A DNA stretch of 64,000 nt from Phycisphaerae bacterium (GTDB taxonomy: Bacteria > Planctomycetota > Phycisphaerae > UBA1845 > Fen-1342), in NCBI GenBank assembly GCA_963675745.2, contig CAXXWX010000026.1, positions 640,001 to 704,000 on the forward strand, written 5' to 3'. This document shows positions 50,689-59,260 of this stretch, in pieces. The notes under the pieces are model-generated. The model ran no database searches and was not told the DNA's origin. It worked only from the letters and a program-made list of their open reading frames with translations. Numbering within the stretch: the stretch's first letter is position 1; the number at the start of each line of letters is the position of its first letter. A program made the position numbers and the translations under genes.

Positions 50689-52989
50689 ATGTGGTGGTTC
50701 GGGAAGAAAACGACGCGTCGGAAGGAAATCCGACGCTCAAAGGCCGAAAGGACCCAGCCGGTTCTTCAGCGCCTGGCCCAGCGGCTACCCATCCCGACGT
50801 TGGCGCTCGGGCTGGTCGGCGCCATCGCCGCCGCGCTGGTCGTCAACCTCGGCGGCGACGCCTTCGGACTGCGCGTCGGCCAGACGTTGCCGCGCGCCCT
50901 TACCGCCAGGATTGAGTTTGAACGCTTTAACCATGACGGCACCCACGCCGCACGGCTCTCGGCACGCAACACGTCCCCAAACTACTACCGGCTCGACGCG
51001 GCCATCCTCGAGGATATCCGCGGCGCGCTGGCCAATGCCCTGACAATCGCACAGACCTATCGGGACGCGCCGCAGAAGATCCGCGACGAGGCCGCCAAGA
51101 ACCAGGTCAATCTGGACGATGACGGCCTGGCCGAGTTGGTGCGTGTCGCGGGCCTTGAAGATCCGTCGGTCTACAGCCGTGCCGTTGACGGGCTCATAGA
51201 CAAGCTGCGCGGCCAGGCGCTGGTCGAGGCCTCTGATCTGGCGCGGCGGCGAACGCCGCTCGTGGCGATTCTGCTGGATCCCGAGCGCCAGCAGGCACCG
51301 GCGCCGACCGTGGCGGTCGGCAATCTGCTCGTATCCGATGCGGATGCCGTCCGAAAGGTCGCCGAGACCGTGTCAGCCGCGTTTGTCCCGGCGTTGCGGC
51401 CGCTGCGGGCCTCGGTCGAACAGTCGCTGATCAGCCTGCTTAACGATGACGACCACACCAAAGCGCCATACCGCTTCGACGGTGGCCTCACGGCGCAGCG
51501 AGCTCAAGCCGCCTGGGACGCCGTCGAGGATCAATACGACACGTTCCCGCGCGGCTCCGTCATTGCTGATGCCGGCCGGATCAGCGCCGCGGAGGTCGAT
51601 TTACTCAGGACGGAGCACGCGGCGTACCGCAGCCAGCTCGAGGCCGGCGGCTTCGCGGGCCTGGCCCAGGGAGCGAACCTCGGACGGGCGTTGCTGGCCT
51701 TCCTGGCAACCATCGCGGTGTTCGCGCACTACGGACTGTTCGTGCCGGGCTTCAGCCCCCGACTATTGAGACAACTGAGCACCGCGGCGATCCTGGTGGG
51801 TCTGCTCGTCTTGATGAGACTGGTGTATGTCCATGCGAGCATGTTGCCGGCGCACATCGCGCTGGCCGGACAGGCCGGCGCGGTGGCCATCCTCTCGATC
51901 GCCTATCACAACCGGGCCAGTGTGTACCCGCTGGCGATGACGCTCGCATTCCTGATGACGCTCGCCACCCAACAGGGCCTGGAGTTCTTCTTCGTGCTGT
52001 TCACGGTGTCGGTCGTCCTGGCCGTGCTGCTGAGCAACGTGCGGTATCGGGCTCAGATTGTGGGCGCAGGCGCTTTGGCGGCCCTGGCCGGGGCGGCGGC
52101 GACCCTGGTTGCGAACCTGCTCGACGAGCAGGCACTCGCATTCGCCTTTTGGCAGGCCGCCTGGGCCGCGGGCACGACGCTGGCGGCCGGGTTTGTGGTC
52201 GAGGGTCTGCTGCCGGGTGTCGAGAGACTCTTTAAGACAAGCACAAGCATGACATTGCTCGAGTGGTGCGACTCCAGCAAGCCGTTGATGCGCTCGATGG
52301 CCGCCGAAGCGCCCGGCACCTATAACCACAGCCTGCTGGTCGGGACGCTGGCCGAGGCGGCCGCCGACGGAATCGGCGCCAACGGCCTGCTCTGCCGCGC
52401 CGGCGCCTATTACCACGACATCGGGAAGATCAACAAGCCTGAGTATTTCGTCGAGAATCAGGCCATGCGGCCCAACCGTCACGAGCGGTTGTCGCCCGCG
52501 ATGAGCCTGCTGATCATCATCGGCCACGTCAAGGACGGCATCGAGATGGCCAAGGAGTACCGCGTGCCGGCCAGCCTGCGGCCATTCATCGCCGAGCACC
52601 ACGGAACCACGCTGGTCGAGTACTTCTATCATGCGGCGAGCAAGTCGCGCAAGCCGAATGACCCGGCGGTGTCTGATACGGAGTTCCGCTATCCCGGCCC
52701 GCGACCGCAGTCGCGCGAATCAGCCGTGCTGATGCTGTGCGACGGCATCGAAGGGGCCGTGCGCGCGATGTCCGAGCCGACGCCGGGGCGCATCGAGGAT
52801 GTGGTCAACCGCATCACCGAAAAGCGCCTGATGGACGGTCAGTTCGACGAGTGCGACCTGACCTTCCGCGAGATAGCCATAATCAAGAGCAGCCTGGTCA
52901 AGAGCCTGTGCGCCATCTACCACTCGCGCATCAAGTATCCGTCGCAGGACGAGGACGATTCAAAAGACCAGCAGAGTGTCGGGGCGTGA
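50689..52989 (+). CDS. 7TM-HD (HDIG) phosphohydrolase, PgpH/YqfF-like c-di-AMP phosphodiesterase family
   Basis: Extracellular domain, TM block, APGTYNHS, GAYYHDIGK..KP.YF.ENQ, HV.DG, EHHGT, FRYPGP.PQS.E, DGQF.EC. Confidence 0.88.
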   Translation: MWWFGKKTTRRKEIRRSKAERTQPVLQRLAQRLPIPTLALGLVGAIAAALVVNLGGDAFGLRVGQTLPRALTARIEFERFNHDGTHAARLSARNTSPNYYRLDAAILEDIRGALANALTIAQTYRDAPQKIRDEAAKNQVNLDDDGLAELVRVAGLEDPSVYSRAVDGLIDKLRGQALVEASDLARRRTPLVAILLDPERQQAPAPTVAVGNLLVSDADAVRKVAETVSAAFVPALRPLRASVEQSLISLLNDDDHTKAPYRFDGGLTAQRAQAAWDAVEDQYDTFPRGSVIADAGRISAAEVDLLRTEHAAYRSQLEAGGFAGLAQGANLGRALLAFLATIAVFAHYGLFVPGFSPRLLRQLSTAAILVGLLVLMRLVYVHASMLPAHIALAGQAGAVAILSIAYHNRASVYPLAMTLAFLMTLATQQGLEFFFVLFTVSVVLAVLLSNVRYRAQIVGAGALAALAGAAATLVANLLDEQALAFAFWQAAWAAGTTLAAGFVVEGLLPGVERLFKTSTSMTLLEWCDSSKPLMRSMAAEAPGTYNHSLLVGTLAEAAADGIGANGLLCRAGAYYHDIGKINKPEYFVENQAMRPNRHERLSPAMSLLIIIGHVKDGIEMAKEYRVPASLRPFIAEHHGTTLVEYFYHAASKSRKPNDPAVSDTEFRYPGPRPQSRESAVLMLCDGIEGAVRAMSEPTPGRIEDVVNRITEKRLMDGQFDECDLTFREIAIIKSSLVKSLCAIYHSRIKYPSQDEDDSKDQQSVGA

Positions 52990-53489
52990 CAGACGGACAG
53001 AGGTCAAGGGGGAAGGCGATCAGCGGACTCGGGGCCGCGCGGGCGCTGCACATCTGCATTAACTGGCGCATTCGAACCGACTGGCGCGCTGTCCCCCTGC
53101 TGCGGCGTGTGGCAACCACCGTGGCCCAAGCCGAGGGGTTTCGCGCCGGCGAGCTGTCCGTCACCGTAGTGGGTCGCCGCGCAATGGCCTCGTTGCACCA
53201 GCGCTACCGGAGCACGCCGACAACAACCGATGTGCTGGCGTTTGACCTGGGTACCGATCGGCGCCGCGGCTTGCTCGAGGGTGAGATCGTCGTCTGCGCC
53301 GACGTAGCCCGCCGTCGATCGGCAGCGCTGGCCGAGGCGCGGCGTGAGCTGGCCCTGTACGTTACACACGGCCTGCTGCACCTGGCAGGCTATGACGACC
53401 ATGACCCGCGCGACTATCGGCGTATGCACGCCCGCGAGGATGCCCTGCTGACCGAGTGCGGCGTCGGCCCGGTATTCGGGCGCGCTTGA
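52986..53489 (+). CDS. ybeY: rRNA maturation endoribonuclease YbeY
   Basis: TDVLAF, GEIVVC, HGLLHLAGYDDH. GTG start overlaps the upstream TGA. Canonical phoH-HD-ybeY order. Confidence 0.9.
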   Translation: MTDGQRSRGKAISGLGAARALHICINWRIRTDWRAVPLLRRVATTVAQAEGFRAGELSVTVVGRRAMASLHQRYRSTPTTTDVLAFDLGTDRRRGLLEGEIVVCADVARRRSAALAEARRELALYVTHGLLHLAGYDDHDPRDYRRMHAREDALLTECGVGPVFGRA

Positions 53490-53497
53490 TCTTTGGC

Positions 53498-54808
53498 CAG
53501 GGCGATCGCATTCTCGTGGTAAATAATGGATGTTCGGTGTATGTACGGGTTGCGCTTGCGCGCGGTTGGGGGTAAGCAGGTTATCGTCGTTCTGCGTTGG
53601 CCACGCAGGGACATCAGTGGTCCCTTCGAGAAGGAGCTTTGGCATGGACGTCAACGCCCCGCGTGGCATCCTGCGCTTTTTCAGTGATATGGAAGATCCA
53701 CGTTCCAACCAGGGTCGCCGGCACGAGTTGCTGGACATCCTCGTCATCGCCATCTGCGCCGTGATCTGCGGCGCTGCGGGTTGGGAGGATGTCGAACTTT
53801 TCGGCCGCGGCAAGCAGAAGTGGTTTGCCACCTTCCTGCGTCTGCCGCACGGCATCCCTTCGCACGACACCTTCGGTCGCGTCTTCGCGCGGCTCGACCC
53901 CGACGCCTTCGAGCGTTGCTTCCTCGCCTGGGTACGCCACCTGTCGCGGACGAAGGTCGGCCGGCTGGTCGCCATCGACGGCAAGACGATCCGCCGCAGC
54001 TTCGACACGGCGGCGAAGAAATCTGCGTTGCACATGGTCAGCGCCTGGTGCGCGAGCAACCAAACGGTTCTCGGACAGATCGTAACCGACGCCAAGAGCA
54101 ACGAGATCACCGCTATTCCAAAGCTGCTGGAGTTGCTGGACCTGGACGGCGCCGTGATCACCACCGACGCAATGGGCTGCCAGAAGGCGATTGCCGAGAA
54201 GGCCATCTCTTGTGGAGCCGATTACGTGCTCCAGGTCAAGGGCAATCATCCGCACTTGCAGAAAGAACTGGAGCTGCTCTTCGACGAGTGTCGCCGGAAA
54301 GACGCCCACGCCGTCGCACACGACTATACGCAGGAGCATGACAAGGGGCACGGGCGGATCGAGACGCGGCGCTGTTGGATGACCACCGATGTCAGCTGGC
54401 TGCCGGCTGGGGCGCAGTGGCAAAACCTCAGCAGCTTTGCCTGCGTCGAGGCCACGCGGCGGATCGGCGAGCAGGTCGAGACCGACCGGCGTTACTACAT
54501 CAGCAGCATCGAAAAGTGCGACGCTGCCCGCATGCTCGAACGCGTCCGCGGGCACTGGGGCGTCGAGAATCGGCTGCATTGGCGGCTCGACGTGATCTTC
54601 GGCGAGGACCAGCGACGGATCCGCAGCGGCTACGCAGCCGAAAACTTCTCGCGTCTGAGCCGGATCGCCCTGAACCTGCTCAAAGCCGGACCACCCAAAG
54701 CCCGCAGCATCCGCGCCCGACGCCTACTCGCCGGCTGGAACCACGACTACCTCCTCAGCCTCCTGATCCACGACCCAAAACCGAAAACCTGAGAATGCGA
54801 TCGCCCTG
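53498..54808 (+). mobile_element. ISAs1-family insertion sequence (1311 bp), intact
   Basis: Perfect 18-bp terminal IRs CAGGGCGATCGCATTCTC (53498-53515) and GAGAATGCGATCGCCCTG (54791-54808). 10-bp TSD GATCTTTGGC at 53488-53497 and 54809-54818. Confidence 0.95.
53644..54792 (+). CDS. ISAs1-family DDE transposase
   Basis: DPR...RH.L, GIPSHDTF.RVF, AIDGKT.R.S, KSNEITAIP.LL, DAMGCQ..IA, KGN, HGRIE.R, R.HW.VEN.LHW.LDV.F.ED. Confidence 0.95.
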   Translation: MDVNAPRGILRFFSDMEDPRSNQGRRHELLDILVIAICAVICGAAGWEDVELFGRGKQKWFATFLRLPHGIPSHDTFGRVFARLDPDAFERCFLAWVRHLSRTKVGRLVAIDGKTIRRSFDTAAKKSALHMVSAWCASNQTVLGQIVTDAKSNEITAIPKLLELLDLDGAVITTDAMGCQKAIAEKAISCGADYVLQVKGNHPHLQKELELLFDECRRKDAHAVAHDYTQEHDKGHGRIETRRCWMTTDVSWLPAGAQWQNLSSFACVEATRRIGEQVETDRRYYISSIEKCDAARMLERVRGHWGVENRLHWRLDVIFGEDQRRIRSGYAAENFSRLSRIALNLLKAGPPKARSIRARRLLAGWNHDYLLSLLIHDPKPKT

Positions 54809-54873
54809 GATCTTTGGCCACGAGTGAGCCGCTCGATACCCCGGACCAACCGAGAGCGGGTAGAATTCGATCC

Positions 54874-55941
54874 ATGCATCAGACGGCACGCTCATTCGGG
54901 AGCCACGATGGAGGGCCGGCGCCTGATCGCGCGAGCTCCGGCGAAGCGCTGAGGCGGCGCGCCGTGGTCGCGTGTGTCAGCGCGACGGCCGCCGTCGCCG
55001 TCGTCGAGCTTCTGGTCGGCTGGTGGTTCGACCTGCTCAGCATTTTCGTGGAAGGCGTACACACCGTCGCCGACCTGGCTGACTCGCTGGTCGCGCTCGG
55101 CCTGATCACGCTGGCCGCCCGACCACCCGACAAATGCCACCCCTACGGGCACGGCAAGCTGGACAGCGCCGTCGGCATCATCGAAGGCCTGTGTGTGACC
55201 GGCACCGGCGTCTGGGCACTTGTGACCGCCAGCCGCGCCCTGCTGGGTTACGCCACCGTCGAACCGCGCCCCGCTGTCGTCGCACTCGTCGCGATGGCCT
55301 GCGCGAGCGTGCTCTACTGGTTTCTCTCGGCTTACGTTTTGCGCATCGCCCAAACCACGCGCTCACCGGCGGTCTACGCCGAGGGCGTGCATTTGCGCAC
55401 GCATGTGTACGTCACGGCCGGTCTGCTGGTCGGCCTGGCGCTTTCGTGGGTGGCGCGGCGGGCCGGCTGGGCATTTGCCCATCAGGTTGATCCGGCCGTC
55501 GCGGTCATGCTCGGTCTCGTGCTGATCGTGATCGGTGTGCGCATTGTCCGCGTGGGCTATCGCCAGATGGTCGACTCGGCACTACCCCCTGACGAGATTG
55601 ACAAGATCGCGCGCTGCCTGGACGAGTTCCGTGGCGAGTTCGTCGAGGTCCACGCGGTTCGTACGCGACAGGCCGGCGTCGACCGGCACATCGACGTACA
55701 CCTGGTTGTGCCGGGGGAGGCGACTGTTCAGGCCGCCCATGACCTCGCCCACCGAATCGAGCGGCGCATCATCGCCGAGCTGCCGGGGGCCACATTCCTG
55801 GTACACATCGAACCCGCGGTCGGCGACCTTCTGCATCGTTATGAGCAGCGCGGACGCCGTGGGGAGATCATTGTCGATCAGCCCGGCAGCGCGGAGCAGG
55901 AAAGCACGCACCACGATCAACCGCGCACGCATGTGCCGTAA
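54874..55941 (+). CDS. Cation diffusion facilitator (FieF-like) transporter
   Basis: EGVHTVAD, PPD..HPYGHGK, HLRTH, DP, RTRQAG...IDVHL.V, AHD....IE, VHIEP. Confidence 0.9.
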   Translation: MHQTARSFGSHDGGPAPDRASSGEALRRRAVVACVSATAAVAVVELLVGWWFDLLSIFVEGVHTVADLADSLVALGLITLAARPPDKCHPYGHGKLDSAVGIIEGLCVTGTGVWALVTASRALLGYATVEPRPAVVALVAMACASVLYWFLSAYVLRIAQTTRSPAVYAEGVHLRTHVYVTAGLLVGLALSWVARRAGWAFAHQVDPAVAVMLGLVLIVIGVRIVRVGYRQMVDSALPPDEIDKIARCLDEFRGEFVEVHAVRTRQAGVDRHIDVHLVVPGEATVQAAHDLAHRIERRIIAELPGATFLVHIEPAVGDLLHRYEQRGRRGEIIVDQPGSAEQESTHHDQPRTHVP

Positions 55942-56063
55942 CTTGCGCTCGCGGCGCGCGGTTTCATGACATGCGCCCAACGTTTGGCTCATTCAAGTGT
56001 CCACCCCCACGAACCGCGCGCCGTCGCGCTGCGGCGAGACACAAGTCCCTGGGAGCGAGCCAC

Positions 56064-56636
56064 ATGTTCACCAAGCCACCATATCTCTGCGCCATGCTGC
56101 TGGCCGGCTGCCTCGGAATCCTGACCGGTTCCACGGGCTGCCTGGTGATAAACGCGGAAACACGCGACCCGCACATGGAGCCGCGCATCCCGCCGAGCCA
56201 CCGCACTGCCGGCGACCAGCAACTGCAATACAAGCCCTACGCATACGAGCTCGACAAAGTGCTGCGCCAGCAGAACACCGTCGCGCGCGAGCTGGCCAAA
56301 CGCGATTGGGACGAGCTCGCCGACGAACTGGGCGACTGGCGGACCTACATCCGGCGTCTGGCCGGTATCGCCGACACAACCGACGACCCCCGGACGCTGC
56401 GCGAGCTGTGCGGCCAGCTTTCCACGTGCGTGGAAGAAATGTGGCGCGGGCAGCGCAACCGCTCCGTGGCCGATGTAGAAAAGGCGCTCGACGCCGCTGT
56501 GCCAACACTCGATCGCCTGTCGGCCGAATTCCCGCTGGCTGAGCCCGCACCGCCGGCCGGCGGACAGACGGCAAACTCATCAACTTCAACGGGCGTGACA
56601 ACGACCGGCGAGCCAGGCACAAACTCCGACAGGTGA
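56064..56636 (+). CDS. Hypothetical lipoprotein (helical)
   Basis: Signal-like N-terminus ending STGC. GGGAG upstream. Confidence 0.55.
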   Translation: MFTKPPYLCAMLLAGCLGILTGSTGCLVINAETRDPHMEPRIPPSHRTAGDQQLQYKPYAYELDKVLRQQNTVARELAKRDWDELADELGDWRTYIRRLAGIADTTDDPRTLRELCGQLSTCVEEMWRGQRNRSVADVEKALDAAVPTLDRLSAEFPLAEPAPPAGGQTANSSTSTGVTTTGEPGTNSDR

Positions 56637-56670
56637 CAGCACGCCTCGCCTCGGCCGTGCCGCGCCGTCG

Positions 56671-56936
56671 TCTGCGGGACCGGCGCGTAGCGTGCGAGAC
56701 CGGCGTGTCGTGTGCGGGACTGGCGTGCAGTGTGCGGGACTGGCGGGTCGTGTCCGGGACCGACGTGCGGTGTGCGGGACCGGTGCGTAGCGTGCGGGAA
56801 CAGCATGTCGTGTGCGGGAACAGCGTGTCGTGCTCGGCACCGGTGTGCTGCGTGCGGGCTTGGCGTGTCGTGTCCGGAACCGGCGTGTCCTGTGCGGGCT
56901 TGGCGTGTCGTGTGCGGGACCGACGTGTCGTGTGCG
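56671..56936. repeat. Tandem array of 13 degenerate 20-bp units (consensus TGTGCGGGAC CGGCGTGTCG)
   Basis: Exact 20-nt register with no indels from 56671 to 56930, plus a partial unit. Confidence 0.9.
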
Positions 56937-56947
56937 TGTTTCGCGAG

Positions 56948-57460
56948 TCAATCTTCGCCCGTCTGCCCCCAATCCGCCGGCAACGCCGCGCCTTGTCGAA
57001 TCATGTCGAGCTGTTTCCAAAAGGACGTGGCACGTTGTTCGGCGTCATAATTCTGCCGCTCGCGCGCGGTCAGATGGCGCTGGCCTTTGATCGACGAGTT
57101 CTGCAGCGAGTCCGCCCACGCGCGAATCTGCCGCGACACCGACTCGGCCAGCCCTTTCAAATCTGAAATCTCAGATCTGAGATCAGCAAAATACGGCATC
57201 CGCTCGCACAGGCACAACATCGACCGCACCTCGCCCGCCGACCCGCGTGCGTAGTACAAGAACGCAATCAGCTCGTTCGTCGTCCCGCGCTCGAACCCCT
57301 CGGCGACATTATTACTGATCGACGTCGCCGCCCGCTGAAGCTGATTCCGCAAGTCGCCACGCCCGTTGAACGACCGGTTGTCCACGAGTTTGAAGACACG
57401 CGCAGCCAGATCGATCGCCGCCCGCCAGACGGGGAGATCTTCGAAGCGTTTGTAGGTCAT
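56948..57460 (-). CDS. Four-helix-bundle protein (23S rRNA IVP / bAvd-like family)
   Basis: FEDLPVWRAA, LRNQLQRAATSISNNVAEGFERGT..ELI.FL..ARGSAGEVRSML. AAGGGGA SD. Confidence 0.88.
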   Translation of the reverse strand: MTYKRFEDLPVWRAAIDLAARVFKLVDNRSFNGRGDLRNQLQRAATSISNNVAEGFERGTTNELIAFLYYARGSAGEVRSMLCLCERMPYFADLRSEISDLKGLAESVSRQIRAWADSLQNSSIKGQRHLTARERQNYDAEQRATSFWKQLDMIRQGAALPADWGQTGED

Positions 57461-57494
57461 GCGAGTCCCCTTGCGACGTCAACGCCCCGGCGAC

Positions 57495-57593
57495 CGCGTA
57501 ATGTCGTGACGTTGTAGCATCGTGACGTTGTGATGTCGTATGCGTTGTAACACAGTAACGCTGTAACGCTGTGACGCTGTGACGCTGTGACGC
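57495..57593. repeat. Tandem array of about 12 8-bp units (GYYGTRAC) in the 5' leader of the four-helix gene
   Basis: gtcgtgac gttgtagc atcgtgac gttgtgat ... gctgtaac gctgtgac gctgtgac gctgtgac. Confidence 0.85.
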
Positions 57594-57624
57594 CGGCGGC
57601 CGCGAGCCTCAGCATCCTATCATT

Positions 57625-57653
57625 ACCCTAACACGCATGGCGGCGGATGTCAA
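57625..57653 (-). promoter_or_regulatory. Putative sigma70 promoter of the four-helix gene
   Basis: Minus strand TTGACA-N17-TAGGGT with TGn extended -10. Confidence 0.55.
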
Positions 57654-57718
57654 CATTCAGCGAGCGCCTGCCGTACGGGCCGCCAGTTTCAAGCCGCACG
57701 TAACTGATCCGGGATTTG

Positions 57719-57858
57719 CAATCTCGAATCTCCAATCGCAAATCTGAAACCCCCAATCTGAAATCTGAAATCCCCGATCTGAAATCTCAAATCTCAAGTC
57801 CCCAGTCTGAAATCTCAAATCCCCAATCTGAAATCTCAAATCTCCAATCGCAAATCTC
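57719..57858. repeat. Tandem array of 20 heptamers (consensus AAATCTC/AAATCTG/CAATCTG)
   Basis: Strict 7-nt register: caatctc gaatctc caatcgc aaatctg ... aaatctc caatcgc aaatctc. Confidence 0.92.
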
Positions 57859-57880
57859 AGCCCCCACTCTCCTAAACCCC

Positions 57881-58044
57881 CACCGAGCCACCCCCGCCAT
57901 CACCTACACGATCCACCGAGCCACCCCCGCCATCACCTACACGATCCACCGAGCCACCCCGCCATCACCTACACGAGCCACCGAGCCACCCCCGCCATCA
58001 CCTACACGAGCCACCGAGCCACCCCCGCCATCACCTACGCGATC
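57881..58044. repeat. Tandem array of five 32-33-bp units CACCGAGCCACCCCCGCCATCACCTACACGATC, decaying on to about 58220
   Basis: Units start at 57881, 57914, 57947, 57979 and 58012. Degenerate CCCGCCATC-containing units continue into the 3' end of the neighbouring gene. Confidence 0.88.
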
Positions 58045-58111
58045 CATCGAGCTCGTCCCTCCATCTTCCACGCGTCAGGCCAAACCGCCCCGCCATCCTC
58101 CACACGCCCGG

Positions 58112-59260
58112 TCAAGCCGCCCCGCCATCTCCCTCGCGATCCGTCGAGCCCGCCCCGCCATCGTCCACCGGATTCGCCAAGCCGCCCCCACCATCGCCCA
58201 CCCGCCCCGCATCATCTCCCCGTCGCGCGCCACACTCCGGACACCGCCCCGCCACGTCGCCGCGCAAGTCGTATCCACAACCCACGCATCGCCCATGCCC
58301 CCGCCGCCACCGCCGCCGCCACGCCGGAGCAAACAGCCAGTACGCCGGGAGGGGGACGAGAATCACCGGCGGGATCCAGCCGGCGAGCTTGAGTTGACCG
58401 GCGAACGTGTTTGGACTTCCACGGTGCGCGGGGCGCGCTGAGTACTCTGCAATCGATGGCAACTCGTATGTGCCCATCGGGAGAGCCTGCATGAGGCCGC
58501 CCGGAGTGGTTTCGTTCTCGTAGTGCAGCCTGACACTTCCATCACGGGCATTGACGCCTGTGCGCGCATACAGCAAATGCGGAATCCGTTCGGGTAGGTC
58601 GATGGTTACACCCACGCGAAGCTCTGCGAGGATCAATGTCGCGAGCACTGCGAGGCCTGTGAACACGCCCAGGGCTAGCACCGCACCCAGCACTGTTCGG
58701 CAAAGGCGGGACCGGCAGGTTCGCGGCGTCGCCCGATCGCCCAGCGCGTGTTGAGTTGCATCTGCGTTGGCTGCGCCACGCGCGTATTTCCATCGGAGGG
58801 CAACCACGATGAGAGTGAGCCCCAGTAGCAGTGACGCCGGAATCCAACCGGGAGTGCTAACACGCTCGTCGTAGCTGAGGTCGTCCGTGACCGACGAAAG
58901 CAGGGTCGCATACCGCCAGTGGTGCACGAGGTGTATGTCGCCCAGATCGCACCGAAGAGACCATGTGTCTGTTCGTTCGTCAGGGATGTAGAACCCCGAG
59001 AGATCACGCACATCCCATGCCGTGACATCACCGATCGACGGGCTTGGTGATGGCGTTGCTGAGTTGACAACCTCAAGTGGCCAATAGTGCTTGCTCCGGG
59101 CATACGGGTTCGGGTACAGCTCAACGAACGTACAAAACCTCACAGAGGGAGTCAGGCCGGTAACCAACGTCGCGATCCCGATGACACCCCCCAACACCGC
59201 CATCGCGATGACCGCCGTGTCCACACAACAGAGGCAGATTGCCCGCCACCTATTCCCCAT
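58112..59260 (-). CDS. Membrane protein with C-terminal Arg-rich segment and CxxCGYDL.G...CPECG zinc ribbon
   Basis: Two TM-loop-TM units (GWIP motifs), then WRRRWRRGHGRCVGCGYDLRGDVAGRCPECG. Confidence 0.7.
   Translation of the reverse strand: MGNRWRAICLCCVDTAVIAMAVLGGVIGIATLVTGLTPSVRFCTFVELYPNPYARSKHYWPLEVVNSATPSPSPSIGDVTAWDVRDLSGFYIPDERTDTWSLRCDLGDIHLVHHWRYATLLSSVTDDLSYDERVSTPGWIPASLLLGLTLIVVALRWKYARGAANADATQHALGDRATPRTCRSRLCRTVLGAVLALGVFTGLAVLATLILAELRVGVTIDLPERIPHLLYARTGVNARDGSVRLHYENETTPGGLMQALPMGTYELPSIAEYSARPAHRGSPNTFAGQLKLAGWIPPVILVPLPAYWLFAPAWRRRWRRGHGRCVGCGYDLRGDVAGRCPECGARRGDDAGRVGDGGGGLANPVDDGGAGSTDREGDGGAA

Noticed and set aside
56948..57460. 23S rRNA intervening sequence
   Set aside because: The family name suggests it, but no rRNA sequence flanks the gene.
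56671..58044. CRISPR array interpretation of the 20-bp and 33-bp repeats
   Set aside because: Units are directly adjacent with no unique 25-45-nt spacers, and there are no cas genes in the window.
57716..58441. 241-aa plus-strand ORF (SEISNPQ and Pro-rich repeats), and similarly ORF 56633-57166
   Set aside because: These are translations of the tandem arrays that overlap real genes on the opposite strand and have no SD. Probably spurious.
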